From Clostridia bacterium (GTDB lineage Bacteria > Bacillota > Clostridia > TANB77 > CAG-465): DNA of 64,000 bases. The stretch covers positions 78,544 through 142,543 of the forward strand of contig JAZSNU010000003.1 in NCBI GenBank assembly GCA_045536565.1, written 5' to 3'. How positions within the stretch are numbered: position 1 is the stretch's first letter; each line of letters starts with the position of its first letter. Positions 35,459 through 44,254 of the stretch are shown here, in pieces. The notes beneath the pieces are model-generated. The model was given only the letters and a program-made list of their open reading frames with translations. It did not search any database and was not told the origin of the DNA. The translations under genes were made by a program, and so were the position numbers.

Positions 35459-36493
35459 TTGAATAAGAAGTACATAGTATATTATGCAATTTTTTGTATT
35501 TTAATAATGTTATCTTTAATTGTTTCAATGCTAGCGATTAAAAAATGGGAGGACAAAAATAATGATAATGAAAAAACAAAAGAAGAAATAGATGAGGTGA
35601 AAAAATATCAATTAGAAAATAAAGTTCCAAAAGAAATAAAAGTCAAAATAAGCAAAACAGGTGAAATATTAACGATGGATATAGATGATTACTTAAAAGG
35701 AGTTGTACCTTCTGAAATGCCACCATCATATGAAATTGAAGCATTAAAAGCACAAGCAGTAGTAGCAAGAACATATACGTTTGAAAAGATGCAGGCAGGA
35801 TCACATAAAGAATTTGATATATGTGATAACTATGCATGCTGTCAAGCATATTACAATAAGGAAAAAATACTAGAAATATGGGCAGGGAGAGGTTTTGATG
35901 AAAATCTTAGAAAAACATATTGGTCTAAGGTAGAAGAAGCAGTAGATAGTACAAACAATATTGTAATAACATACAAAGGTGAATATATAAAAGCATATTT
36001 TCATGCAAATAGTGGTGGAATGACAGAATCTTCTACTGAAATATGGGGAAAACAAAACATACCATATTTAGTACCTGTGGAAAGTTTAGGTGAAGAAGAA
36101 CATCAATATTATGAAACAGAAGTAAAGCTAACTATAGATGAGTTAGAACAAAAACTAAATAAAGGAAGTGATATAGAGTGCACAGTAGATATAAATAAGG
36201 AAAATAATATAGAAATACTAGATTATACCGTAAGTGGTAGAGTATCAAATATACGAATAGGAAATAACATATATGAGGGCACAGATATAAGGACAAAATT
36301 AGGATTGAAATCCACTAATTTTACAGTGGAAACTGTGGATAACAATGTTGTATTTAAAGTAAAAGGTTATGGTCATGGACTTGGCATGAGTCAAACAGGT
36401 AGTAACTATTATGCTAGAAATGGATATACATATGATGCAATTATAAAACACTATTATACAGGTGTTGATATAACAAAAGCAGAGGAAAATTAA
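35459..36493 (+). CDS. spoIID: Stage II sporulation protein D (lytic transglycosylase)
   Basis: YLKGVVPSEMP...EALKAQAVVARTY..., CDN..CQAY, HANSGGMTE, GYGHGLGMSQ. Confidence 0.85.
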   Translation: MNKKYIVYYAIFCILIMLSLIVSMLAIKKWEDKNNDNEKTKEEIDEVKKYQLENKVPKEIKVKISKTGEILTMDIDDYLKGVVPSEMPPSYEIEALKAQAVVARTYTFEKMQAGSHKEFDICDNYACCQAYYNKEKILEIWAGRGFDENLRKTYWSKVEEAVDSTNNIVITYKGEYIKAYFHANSGGMTESSTEIWGKQNIPYLVPVESLGEEEHQYYETEVKLTIDELEQKLNKGSDIECTVDINKENNIEILDYTVSGRVSNIRIGNNIYEGTDIRTKLGLKSTNFTVETVDNNVVFKVKGYGHGLGMSQTGSNYYARNGYTYDAIIKHYYTGVDITKAEEN

Positions 36494-36507
36494 ATGGAGG
36501 GATACAA

Positions 36508-37419
36508 ATGAAAATAAGTTATATTAGTTTAAGAAAAAAATTAAAAGAGTTTAGAGAAAGTAATAGAAAAGATAAAAAAACAAAAGAAGAAAAGTTACAA
36601 GCAAATAATAGAAATATACAAAATGATATAGATGATACAAAATATATAGGAATAAATTATACAAAAAAAGAAGAAATAACAAAAAACAAATTAAAGGACA
36701 TATTTAATAATATGAAAAGCGTTCCGAAAGGGAGTTACACATTACTTTTTTTCATGATATTACTTCTTGTAGCAACAACCAAATTAAACATTGATACATA
36801 TACTAAGTTAGGACAAGAAGATTATGATACATATGTATTAGAAGAGCCAGATGTAGTAAATGTTAGTAACGACAATGTAGTTATATATCAAGAGGCGGTA
36901 AGTAGTACATATGATATAGCAGAAGAGGATCAAGTTGCCGTAGAAACTACAAGTCAAAGTGTTATAGAAACTAATAAAGCTGCATTAGAAGATGAAGTTT
37001 ATGTTTATGAATATACATTTATTAGGCCGGTGAAAGGAGATACTTTAAAAGAATATAGCATGGATAAAGTTATATATTCTAAAACATTAGATATGTGGAA
37101 AGTACATGATGGAATAGACATATATGCTGCTGTAGGAGAAGATGTAGCAGCTTGTGAAAAAGGAATAATAGAAAGAGTATACGAGGATAGTTTTTATGGT
37201 TATAGCATAATAATAGATCACCAAAACTCAGTTAAGACTATTTATAGGAACTTGGATGAAAATATATTAGTTAAGGAAAAAGAGGAAGTTACCAAAGGTC
37301 AAGTTATAGGAAAAGTGGGAAATACAGCAATTGGTGAATGTAAAGATGAGGCACATATACATTTAGAAGTTGTAAAAAATGGAGAAATAGTAAATCCAAA
37401 TACTATTGGAATAAAATAA
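36508..37419 (+). CDS. M23/LytM-domain protein, SpoIIQ-like by position
   Basis: TM anchor. LytM motifs HDGIDI and HIHLEV are intact. It lies between spoIID and spoIIID, as I recall for clostridial spoIIQ. Confidence 0.55.
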   Translation: MKISYISLRKKLKEFRESNRKDKKTKEEKLQANNRNIQNDIDDTKYIGINYTKKEEITKNKLKDIFNNMKSVPKGSYTLLFFMILLLVATTKLNIDTYTKLGQEDYDTYVLEEPDVVNVSNDNVVIYQEAVSSTYDIAEEDQVAVETTSQSVIETNKAALEDEVYVYEYTFIRPVKGDTLKEYSMDKVIYSKTLDMWKVHDGIDIYAAVGEDVAACEKGIIERVYEDSFYGYSIIIDHQNSVKTIYRNLDENILVKEKEEVTKGQVIGKVGNTAIGECKDEAHIHLEVVKNGEIVNPNTIGIK

Positions 37420-37488
37420 AGAATAAAAGATAAGATTTTGAATAGTATGTAGTATGAAACAAAATAGTTTAAAGAGGTGATAGCAGTT

Positions 37489-37743
37489 ATGCAAAATGAT
37501 ATAGAAGAAAGGGTAAAGGCGTTGGCTACATATATAATAGAAACAGGTAGCACAGTAAGGGCAGCAGCAACTAAATTTAATGTTAGTAAATCAACAGTAC
37601 ACAAAGACATATCAGAAAGATTAGAGAAGATAAATCCATCCTTAGCAAATGAGGCTAGGAAAGTGTTAATGCACAATAAAGAGGAAAGACACATAAGAGG
37701 TGGTATGGCAACAAAAATGAAGTATGAGAGCAAGAGGGCATAA
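37489..37743 (+). CDS. spoIIID: Sporulation transcription regulator SpoIIID
   Basis: IEERVKALATYIIETGSTVRAAATKFNVSKSTVHKDISERL...NKEERHIRGG. ATG 37489 follows AGAGGTGA. Confidence 0.9.
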   Translation: MQNDIEERVKALATYIIETGSTVRAAATKFNVSKSTVHKDISERLEKINPSLANEARKVLMHNKEERHIRGGMATKMKYESKRA

Positions 37744-37895
37744 TATATATAAGAGAATAAGGCAATCTAAACAAAAATGTTTGGGTTGTTTTTCTATAGC
37801 ACGTAAAAGTTGAAAAAACACACCGATTTGTGATATAATTGGCAACATAAATTGTATAGTTAATAATAAAAATAATTTTTTAGGAGGAATTTAAT

Positions 37896-38570
37896 ATGAC
37901 AGAAATTAAAGCATTTAATAGCTATAGCAATGAGGTTTTTAAACTTTATTTTAAGGATGGAAAACTTTTTAGAAATTACAGTTATGACTACATTACTTTA
38001 AAAACTATTTATGATGAGTACAGAGTTCCAGAAGAGGGGAAAGATAGTATTTGTGTAGAACATTTTAATAGGGCTATTAGAAATGTTTGTATACAGGATA
38101 AAGAGATTGACTTTGAAGAATTATTGTTTTGTTTAAGAGACGATCAAAAATATTTTGATATTGCAAACAAGATTATTTCAAATGAAGCAGATAAAATGTC
38201 AAAAAGAATTGATATAATGAGTAAGGCTTTACCAAATGTATTAGAAGGTGGTTATAGAAGTCATTTGTACAACCCGTCAAATTATTTGACTCCGGAACAA
38301 ATACGGAAAATGAAGGATGAGGAAATAATTTTAGTAAATCGAATAGCTATTAATTCACAACTTGCAAGACTTGGGGTAAAAACTAATGACGAAAAAAGAA
38401 AAGCGGCATTAGAAATACTACTTAAAGTATCACATGAGTTAGGGAGTAAAGAATCCAAGAGACACAGAATATATTGGGGAGCAAGAATGACGGTAAAAGA
38501 TATAAAAATAGCATTTGGCAAGAGGCTAGATGAAATGTCAAGAACATATTTTAGAAAAGTATCACAGTAG
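37896..38570 (+). CDS. Hypothetical protein (224 aa)
   Basis: AGGAGG RBS, own extended -10 promoter (TTGAAA..TGaTATAAT around 37820-37852) and own terminator. No family recognised. Confidence 0.5.
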   Translation: MTEIKAFNSYSNEVFKLYFKDGKLFRNYSYDYITLKTIYDEYRVPEEGKDSICVEHFNRAIRNVCIQDKEIDFEELLFCLRDDQKYFDIANKIISNEADKMSKRIDIMSKALPNVLEGGYRSHLYNPSNYLTPEQIRKMKDEEIILVNRIAINSQLARLGVKTNDEKRKAALEILLKVSHELGSKESKRHRIYWGARMTVKDIKIAFGKRLDEMSRTYFRKVSQ

Positions 38571-38579
38571 GATGTAAAA

Positions 38580-38608
38580 AAGAAGATTCAAATTGAGTCT
38601 TCTTTTTT
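38580..38608 (+). terminator. Intrinsic terminator
   Basis: 10-bp stem AAGAAGATTC/GAGTCTTCTT followed by a T-run. Confidence 0.75.
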
Positions 38609-38741
38609 ACATATATTTATATTTTGAGGATAGGGAGTATAGGTGAAAAATATAAATATAAAAATATCTAAAATATGAACTTTAAATTGACAAACTAATG
38701 TTCTGTATATATAATATATAATATGAAAGGGAGGCTTGTGA

Positions 38742-39626
38742 GTGGATAAAGATTTAGTAAAAGCAGAATTAAATGTAGTTAATACAAAAGTTGGTATACT
38801 AAGGTTTGGCGATTATGATTATATATCTTTGACGGATTTAGCTAGATATGTTAATCCAGAGGAACCTAAAATACCAATACAAACATGGCTGAGAAATAAA
38901 AATGTTGTTTCTTTTTTGGGATTGTGGGAAAAAATACATAACGAAAATTTCAAAGGTCACGAATTTACGACCTTTGAAATGGAAGCGGGAAAAAATAGTT
39001 TTTACTTATCTCCTCAAAAATGGATAAAGGAAACAGGGGCAATAGGTATTATTTCAAAATCTGGTAATAATGGCGGAACATATGCACATAGTGATATTGC
39101 ATTAGAGTTTGCAAGTTGGTTATCTCCTGAATTTAAATTATATTTAATTCAAGAGTTTGAAAGACTTAAGAAGAATGAATCATATCAATATAGAATTGAG
39201 TGGCATGCTAATAGAGTTTTATCAAAAGTTAATTATTTGGTACATACAGATGCAATCAAAAATAATATTGTTCCAACATTAACTGAAAATCAAAAGAAAT
39301 TCATTTATGCAGATGAGGCAGATGTACTTAATGTTGCACTTTTTGGCATTACGGCAAAGCAATGGAGAGAAAATAATAAGGATTTGGCAAAAACGGGAAA
39401 TATTAGAGATTATACAGATTTACTGCATTTGGTAATATTGAATAATTTGGAGAATACGAATGCTGAGTTAATAACACAAGGTATTTCTCAAAGGGAAAGA
39501 TTAATAAGATTGAATGAGTCGGCCCGTAGACAAATAAAAGTTTTATCTAATAATAAAAATATAAAAGAATTAGAAGATTTACAAAAAATGGCTAATAAAA
39601 AGGAAATGTTGGAATTGCCAGATTAA
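38742..39626 (+). CDS. KilA-N domain-containing protein
   Basis: ISLTDLARY...GGTYAHSDIALEFASWLSPEFKLYLIQEFERLK is the KilA-N signature. GTG start after GGGAGG. Confidence 0.75.
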   Translation: MDKDLVKAELNVVNTKVGILRFGDYDYISLTDLARYVNPEEPKIPIQTWLRNKNVVSFLGLWEKIHNENFKGHEFTTFEMEAGKNSFYLSPQKWIKETGAIGIISKSGNNGGTYAHSDIALEFASWLSPEFKLYLIQEFERLKKNESYQYRIEWHANRVLSKVNYLVHTDAIKNNIVPTLTENQKKFIYADEADVLNVALFGITAKQWRENNKDLAKTGNIRDYTDLLHLVILNNLENTNAELITQGISQRERLIRLNESARRQIKVLSNNKNIKELEDLQKMANKKEMLELPD

Positions 39627-39675
39627 AAAAATATATTGGAATATAACTTAAAAAAGATAAGGGATATAAGTTTTG

Positions 39676-39723
39676 GCTACTGAAAATCACATACTTTTGT
39701 GTGTACTTTTTCAGTGGCTTTTT
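39676..39723 (+). terminator. Intrinsic terminator after the KilA-N gene
   Basis: 11-bp stem GCTACTGAAAA/TTTTCAGTGGC followed by a T-run. Confidence 0.75.
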
Positions 39724-39827
39724 CTAATATGGGGTCTTCTTTTTTACTATTAAAAACATATTATAGTTTATTTGTATAAAACTCTTAAACATCGAGTAAT
39801 TTTTCACATTTTAATTAATATCAAATG

Positions 39828-39842
39828 GTCACAAACTGTGAC
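39828..39842. repeat. Perfect palindrome GTCACA-AAC-TGTGAC
   Basis: 6+6-nt inverted repeat with a 3-nt spacer, upstream of mbl/mreB. Confidence 0.8.
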
Positions 39843-39856
39843 TAATTATACAAATT

Positions 39857-39883
39857 CAACCGGTGACAATTTGTCACCGGTTG
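39857..39883. repeat. Perfect 27-nt palindrome CAACCGGTGACAA-T-TTGTCACCGGTTG
   Basis: 13+13-nt inverted repeat. It is locally GC-rich and shares the GTGACA/TGTCAC core, related to the first palindrome. Confidence 0.8.
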
Positions 39884-40009
39884 AAATAAAAAATTATTTT
39901 TGAATAAATATACAAAAATAGAGCAAAATATTTATGCGATATATTGCAAATGAAACAGAGTTGTAATATAATTGTAACAAAGAAAATGGTAAGTAAAGGA
40001 AGTGATATA

Positions 40010-41026
40010 ATGAGGTTTGGCCAAGATATAGGTATTGACTTAGGTACAGCGACAATACTTGTATATGTCAAAGGTAAAGGTATAGTTTTAAGAGAACCAG
40101 CAGTTGTTGCTATCGATAAAAATACAAATGAAGTATTGGCAGTTGGACAAGAGGCTAGAAAAATGCTTGGTAGAACACCAGGAAATATTGTTGCTATAAG
40201 GCCATTAAAGGACGGAGTTATATCTGATTATACAGTAACTGAAAAAATGCTTAAGTATTTTATAAATAAGGTTGCAGGAAGATTTGTTTTAAATCCTAGA
40301 ATAATGATTTGTGTTCCTTCTGGTGTAACAGAAGTGGAGAAAAAAGCAGTAATAGATGCTGCAAATCATGCAGGTGCAAGAAGGGTTTATCTTATTGAAG
40401 AACCAATAGCGGCTGCAATAGGTGCAGGTATAGATATTGCAAAACCATATGGTAGTATGATACTAGATATAGGGGGAGGAACAGCAGATATTGCTGTAAT
40501 ATCATTAGGAGGAGCTGTAAAAAGCAAATCTATCAAGATTGCAGGAGATAAATTTGATGAGGCAATTATAAAGTACATTAAGAAAAAATATAATGTAATA
40601 ATTGGTGAAAGAACAGCAGAAGATATAAAGATAAATATTGGTTGTGTTTATCCTAAAACTGTTGTTGAAACTATGAATATAAAAGGTAGAAACTTAACTA
40701 CTGGACTTCCGGTTGAATTTGAAATAACATCAGAAGAAATGATGGAAGCATTAGAAGAATGTGCAAATCAAATAGTTGAAGGAGTTCATTCGGTTTTAGA
40801 AGAAACACCACCAGAACTATCAGCAGATATAAGTGATAGAGGAATATATATCACAGGTGGTGGAGGTCTTGTTACAGGGCTCGACCAACTACTTCAAGAA
40901 AGAACAGGAATACCTGTTATGATAGCAGAAGATGCTATATCATGCGTTGCAATAGGTACAGGTAAGGCGCTTAATCATATTGATTTACTAGAATCAGGTA
41001 ATGCGATTAAGATAAAGAAATTTTAA
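40010..41026 (+). CDS. mbl: Rod-shape determining actin homologue MreB/Mbl
   Basis: DIGIDLGTATILVY, EPAVVA, IEEPIAAAIGAG, LDIGGGTADIAVISLGG. Adjacent to spoIIID, like B. subtilis mbl. Confidence 0.9.
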   Translation: MRFGQDIGIDLGTATILVYVKGKGIVLREPAVVAIDKNTNEVLAVGQEARKMLGRTPGNIVAIRPLKDGVISDYTVTEKMLKYFINKVAGRFVLNPRIMICVPSGVTEVEKKAVIDAANHAGARRVYLIEEPIAAAIGAGIDIAKPYGSMILDIGGGTADIAVISLGGAVKSKSIKIAGDKFDEAIIKYIKKKYNVIIGERTAEDIKINIGCVYPKTVVETMNIKGRNLTTGLPVEFEITSEEMMEALEECANQIVEGVHSVLEETPPELSADISDRGIYITGGGGLVTGLDQLLQERTGIPVMIAEDAISCVAIGTGKALNHIDLLESGNAIKIKKF

Positions 41027-41030
41027 AGTA

Positions 41031-41064
41031 AAACATCTCAGACAAAAATGTTTGAGATGTTTTT
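41031..41064. terminator. Bidirectional terminator
   Basis: Stem AACATCTCA/TGAGATGTT with flanking A/T runs. Confidence 0.75.
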
Positions 41065-41314
41065 AATATGCAGTTTTACTAATATTTTTTGCATCATGTA
41101 TAACCTTATCTATAATATCATCAATATCTATATTAGGTGATTTTTCTAGTAAACTGGTTGGTAAAAAATATGAACTTTTTTTAGTCTTTGTATTTACAAC
41201 TATATATCCTACTTTATGACTTTCCAATGCATCTTTGTTTATTATCATAAAGTCAAAATGGTATACACCTGAATATATTTGTTTGTTAAAAGTCCAAAAT
41301 AGTTCTATATTCAT
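41063..41314 (-). CDS. Hypothetical 83-aa protein
   Basis: AGGAGG RBS and own terminator. Weak similarity to the neighbouring 82-aa ORF. Confidence 0.5.
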   Translation of the reverse strand: MNIELFWTFNKQIYSGVYHFDFMIINKDALESHKVGYIVVNTKTKKSSYFLPTSLLEKSPNIDIDDIIDKVIHDAKNISKTAY

Positions 41315-41376
41315 AAAGTTCCTCCTAATATATATTAAAGTATATTCAGCTTAATAGAAAAAATGATGTAAGCATA

Positions 41377-41410
41377 TAAAAAACAGAAGCTACAAATTTG
41401 AGCTTCTGTT
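41377..41410 (-). terminator. Intrinsic terminator of the 82-aa gene
   Basis: 10-bp stem AACAGAAGCT/AGCTTCTGTT, with a T-run on the minus strand. Confidence 0.75.
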
Positions 41411-41418
41411 TAATTAAC

Positions 41419-41667
41419 TTAGAATATAACTTCATCCTCAAGCATTCTTGCAGTTTCTAAGCACTCGTCTGAAATTTGTAATAGTATTTCTTCTGAAAGT
41501 GCATAAGGTCTTATATGCTTATTCGTTATAGTCTTAGTTATTCCTGATTGAGTGTTTACTGCAACTGAACCAATAGTAATTTCATGACCTTCTGTAACAG
41601 ACTTTATTGTAAACAGGTATGTTTTTTTGCCTAATCTGGCTTGTGGAAAATAAGAAATATCATTCAT
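41419..41667 (-). CDS. Hypothetical 82-aa protein
   Basis: AGGAGG RBS. No family recognised. Confidence 0.5.
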   Translation of the reverse strand: MNDISYFPQARLGKKTYLFTIKSVTEGHEITIGSVAVNTQSGITKTITNKHIRPYALSEEILLQISDECLETARMLEDEVIF

Positions 41668-41827
41668 AAATTTGTCCTCCTAAAAAATTATTCTTAAAAT
41701 AAATTAAATACTACATCAATATTTTACCACATATTATGTAAATTTGCAAACCTTTAAATTAAGTGTTGAAAATGACATATGATATGTGGTAAAATATATA
41801 TGTATAGTATTGAAAAGGAAGTATATT

Positions 41828-43060
41828 ATGAAAAAAGTTGAATTATTAGCACCAGCAGGTAGTTTAGAAAAAGCAAAAGTTGCATTTATGTATGGAGCAG
41901 ACGCAGTATATGCAGGAACATCTAGATTATCTCTAAGAACAAGAGCAGAAATGAATTCAGATAGTTTAAAAGAAACTATTGAATATGCGCATAGTATAGG
42001 GAAAAAAGTTTATGTAGCACTTAACATTTATGCATATGACGAGGACTATAAAGAGATAGAAGAAGAAGTAAAAAGATTAGATGAAATACATGCAGATGCA
42101 ATAATAGCAGCAGATGGTGGAATTATAGATGTAATAAAGAAAGTGGCACCTAATATGCCTATTCATATTAGTACGCAAGCAAATAGTACTAGTCTTAATA
42201 GTTGTAACTTCTGGAAACAAAATGGAGCAGAGAGAGTAATACTTGCAAGAGAACTATCTAAGGATAGAATTGAACATATAATGAAAAATAAATCAGATGA
42301 TTTAGAAATAGAAATGTTTATTCATGGAGCAATATGCTTTGGTTATTCTGGTAGATGCTATCTAAGCCAATACTTATCAGATAGAGGTGCAAACTGTGGT
42401 GATTGCAGTCAGCCTTGTAGATGGCAATACAAAATTACAGCAGAAGAAGTAAATACCCCCGGTAGTATAATAAATATTGATTATGATGAGAATGGAACAT
42501 ATATATTCTCATCAAAAGATTTATGTTTGATTAATCAAATCCCAACTATAATCGATATGGGAGTAGAAAGTTTAAAAATAGAAGGAAGACTTAAAACTGA
42601 ATACTATTTAGCAACTGTTGTAAGAGCATATAGAAAGGCTATTGATGATTATTACGAAAATCAAGAAAATTTTGATAGTGAAAAATATTTAAAAGAACTT
42701 GAAACTGTAAAAACAAGAGGACTTTCTGAATTCTATTTTTCAGATAAAAATAATCAAGATATACATGACTATTCAGGACAAAATGAAAATTTAAAATATG
42801 AGTATGGTGCAAGAGTATTAGAGCAAAATGAAAATGATATAGTAACAGTTGAAATCAAAAACAAATTGTCAGTTGGTGATACATTAGAAATACTTATTCC
42901 AAACAGTATAGAAAATAACAAATTCGAAATAGAAGAACTATATGATGTAGAAACAAATGAGAAAATTGATACCATAAATCCTGGAAGAAAAGGACAACAA
43001 GTAAAAATAAAAATACCGTATGAAGTTCAACAAGGATATATAATAAGGAGAAAAAAATAA
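41828..43060 (+). CDS. Peptidase U32 family protein
   Basis: ELLAPAGSLEKAKVAFMYGADAVYAG..., CFGYSGRCYLS, Cys cluster CGDCSQPCRW. Confidence 0.85.
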   Translation: MKKVELLAPAGSLEKAKVAFMYGADAVYAGTSRLSLRTRAEMNSDSLKETIEYAHSIGKKVYVALNIYAYDEDYKEIEEEVKRLDEIHADAIIAADGGIIDVIKKVAPNMPIHISTQANSTSLNSCNFWKQNGAERVILARELSKDRIEHIMKNKSDDLEIEMFIHGAICFGYSGRCYLSQYLSDRGANCGDCSQPCRWQYKITAEEVNTPGSIINIDYDENGTYIFSSKDLCLINQIPTIIDMGVESLKIEGRLKTEYYLATVVRAYRKAIDDYYENQENFDSEKYLKELETVKTRGLSEFYFSDKNNQDIHDYSGQNENLKYEYGARVLEQNENDIVTVEIKNKLSVGDTLEILIPNSIENNKFEIEELYDVETNEKIDTINPGRKGQQVKIKIPYEVQQGYIIRRKK

Positions 43061-43061
43061 T

Positions 43062-43760
43062 ATGTCAAAAGATATTAATACTGGTGATATATATAACAGA
43101 ACGGAAATAATATTTGGAAAAGAGAATATTGAAAAAATAAAAAATAGTAAAGTTTGTATATGTGGTATTGGTGGAGTTGGTTCTTTTTCTATGGAGGCAC
43201 TGGCTAGAATTGGTGTAGGGCACATTACTATTATAGATAAAGATAAAGTAGATGTAACAAATATTAATAGACAATTAATAGCAACAGTGGATAATGTGGA
43301 TATTCCTAAGGTAAAAGTAGGAGAAGATAGAATAAAAAGTATTAATCCAAATATTAATGTAAAAACACATGAAATATTTATTACAAAGGACAATATAGCA
43401 GAGTATATAGACAATACCTATGATTATATTATTGATGCAATAGATAGTGTTGATTCAAAAGTAGAATTAATAAAATATTGTTATGATAACAATATAAATG
43501 TTATATCTAGCATGGGAATGGCAAATAGAGTAAATCCACTTGATATAAAAGTAGCAGATATATACAAAACAAAGATGTGTCCACTTGCAAAAATCATTAG
43601 AAAAAAATTAAAAGAATTAGATGTTAAAAAATTAAAAGTGGTATATTCAGAAGAACAGGCTATAAAACCAAATTCAAAGGAACTCGGAAGTGTATCATTT
43701 GTTCCGTCAGTAGCAGGACTTGTTATAGCATCAGAAGTTATAAAGGATATAATAGAATAA
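43062..43760 (+). CDS. tcdA: tRNA threonylcarbamoyladenosine dehydratase (ThiF/E1-like, YrvM)
   Basis: R.E.IFG.E..EKIKNSKVCICGIGGVGSF..EALARIGVGHITIIDKDKVDVTNINRQ. Confidence 0.8.
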   Translation: MSKDINTGDIYNRTEIIFGKENIEKIKNSKVCICGIGGVGSFSMEALARIGVGHITIIDKDKVDVTNINRQLIATVDNVDIPKVKVGEDRIKSINPNINVKTHEIFITKDNIAEYIDNTYDYIIDAIDSVDSKVELIKYCYDNNINVISSMGMANRVNPLDIKVADIYKTKMCPLAKIIRKKLKELDVKKLKVVYSEEQAIKPNSKELGSVSFVPSVAGLVIASEVIKDIIE

Positions 43761-43776
43761 TAAGGAGGTAATTTTA

Positions 43777-43923
43777 ATGGGAAGAGGTAAATGGGATAAT
43801 TGTTCAAATTGTATTTATGGAACAAAAGAAAGAAGTGGTATGTATTCTTGTAAATTTGATAAAAGAAATGAATACGAAGAAGACTATTGGTGTAAATATC
43901 ACGAAAGCGAAGATGAACAATAA
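43777..43923 (+). CDS. 48-aa Cys-containing mini-protein (not in the ORF track)
   Basis: AAGGAGG RBS 8 nt upstream. MGRGKWDNCSNCIYGTKERSGMYSCKFDKRNEYEEDYWCKYHESEDEQ has CxxC..C..CxxH spacing suggesting a zinc knuckle. Confidence 0.5.
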   Translation: MGRGKWDNCSNCIYGTKERSGMYSCKFDKRNEYEEDYWCKYHESEDEQ

Positions 43924-43965
43924 TAAAAACATATATTAATATATAAAATGTATAGACTAAAAATC

Positions 43966-43994
43966 TTTACATATAATATTAATAATGATAAAAT
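43966..43994 (+). promoter_or_regulatory. Sigma-A promoter of the structured sRNA
   Basis: TTTACA, 17 nt, extended -10 TGaTAAAAT. The predicted start near 44001 coincides with the first base of the closing stem. Confidence 0.5.
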
Positions 43995-44000
43995 ATAGCA

Positions 44001-44166
44001 AGATAGAGTCAGCAGATTATATGAAAATCTACAAATATATGATACGGGAATCGAAAGTTGTAGTTTGTGTTGAATGCTCTTTTTATCAGAGAATCCTAAT
44101 GATTATGACAAGATGCCCACCTTTACAAAAGGGTTTTATCATCTACTGCTGACTCTATCTTTTTGT
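44001..44166 (+). ncRNA. Structured small RNA, 6S RNA-like candidate
   Basis: A 15-bp closing stem AGATAGAGTCAGCAG (44001-44015) / CTGCTGACTCTATCT (44146-44160) is followed by a T-run. An adjacent ~10-bp helix and internal hairpins are present. It lies downstream of tcdA/yrvM, as recalled for B. subtilis bsrA. Confidence 0.4.
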
Positions 44167-44254
44167 ATTTTACGAGTATAATAAATAATAGACAAAAGTG
44201 ACATGCAAAAAATAGTATAATTAAGAATAATATTTATCTGTGAGGAGTGATAAA

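Noticed and set aside
37299-37733. 144-aa minus-strand ORF spanning the end of the M23 gene and all of spoIIID.
   Set aside because: It is antisense to two recognisable genes and the intergenic RBS, so it is not credible as a CDS.
39874-40071. 65-aa minus-strand ORF upstream of mbl, and the tracked mbl start at 39944.
   Set aside because: The minus-strand ORF covers the mbl RBS and 5' region. The MreB homology begins at MRFGQDIGIDLGTA (ATG 40010, with an AAAGGAAG RBS), so the upstream extension is unlikely.
42938-43414. 158-aa minus-strand ORF across the U32/tcdA junction.
   Set aside because: It is antisense to two motif-supported genes and has no RBS.
44001-44254. The structured element read as a riboswitch or attenuator leader of sigK.
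   Set aside because: The 15-bp stem encloses the whole element rather than competing with an antiterminator. It has its own promoter, it ends in a T-run about 90 nt before sigK, and I recognised no known riboswitch core motifs. A stand-alone sRNA is the better reading, but it remains unproven.
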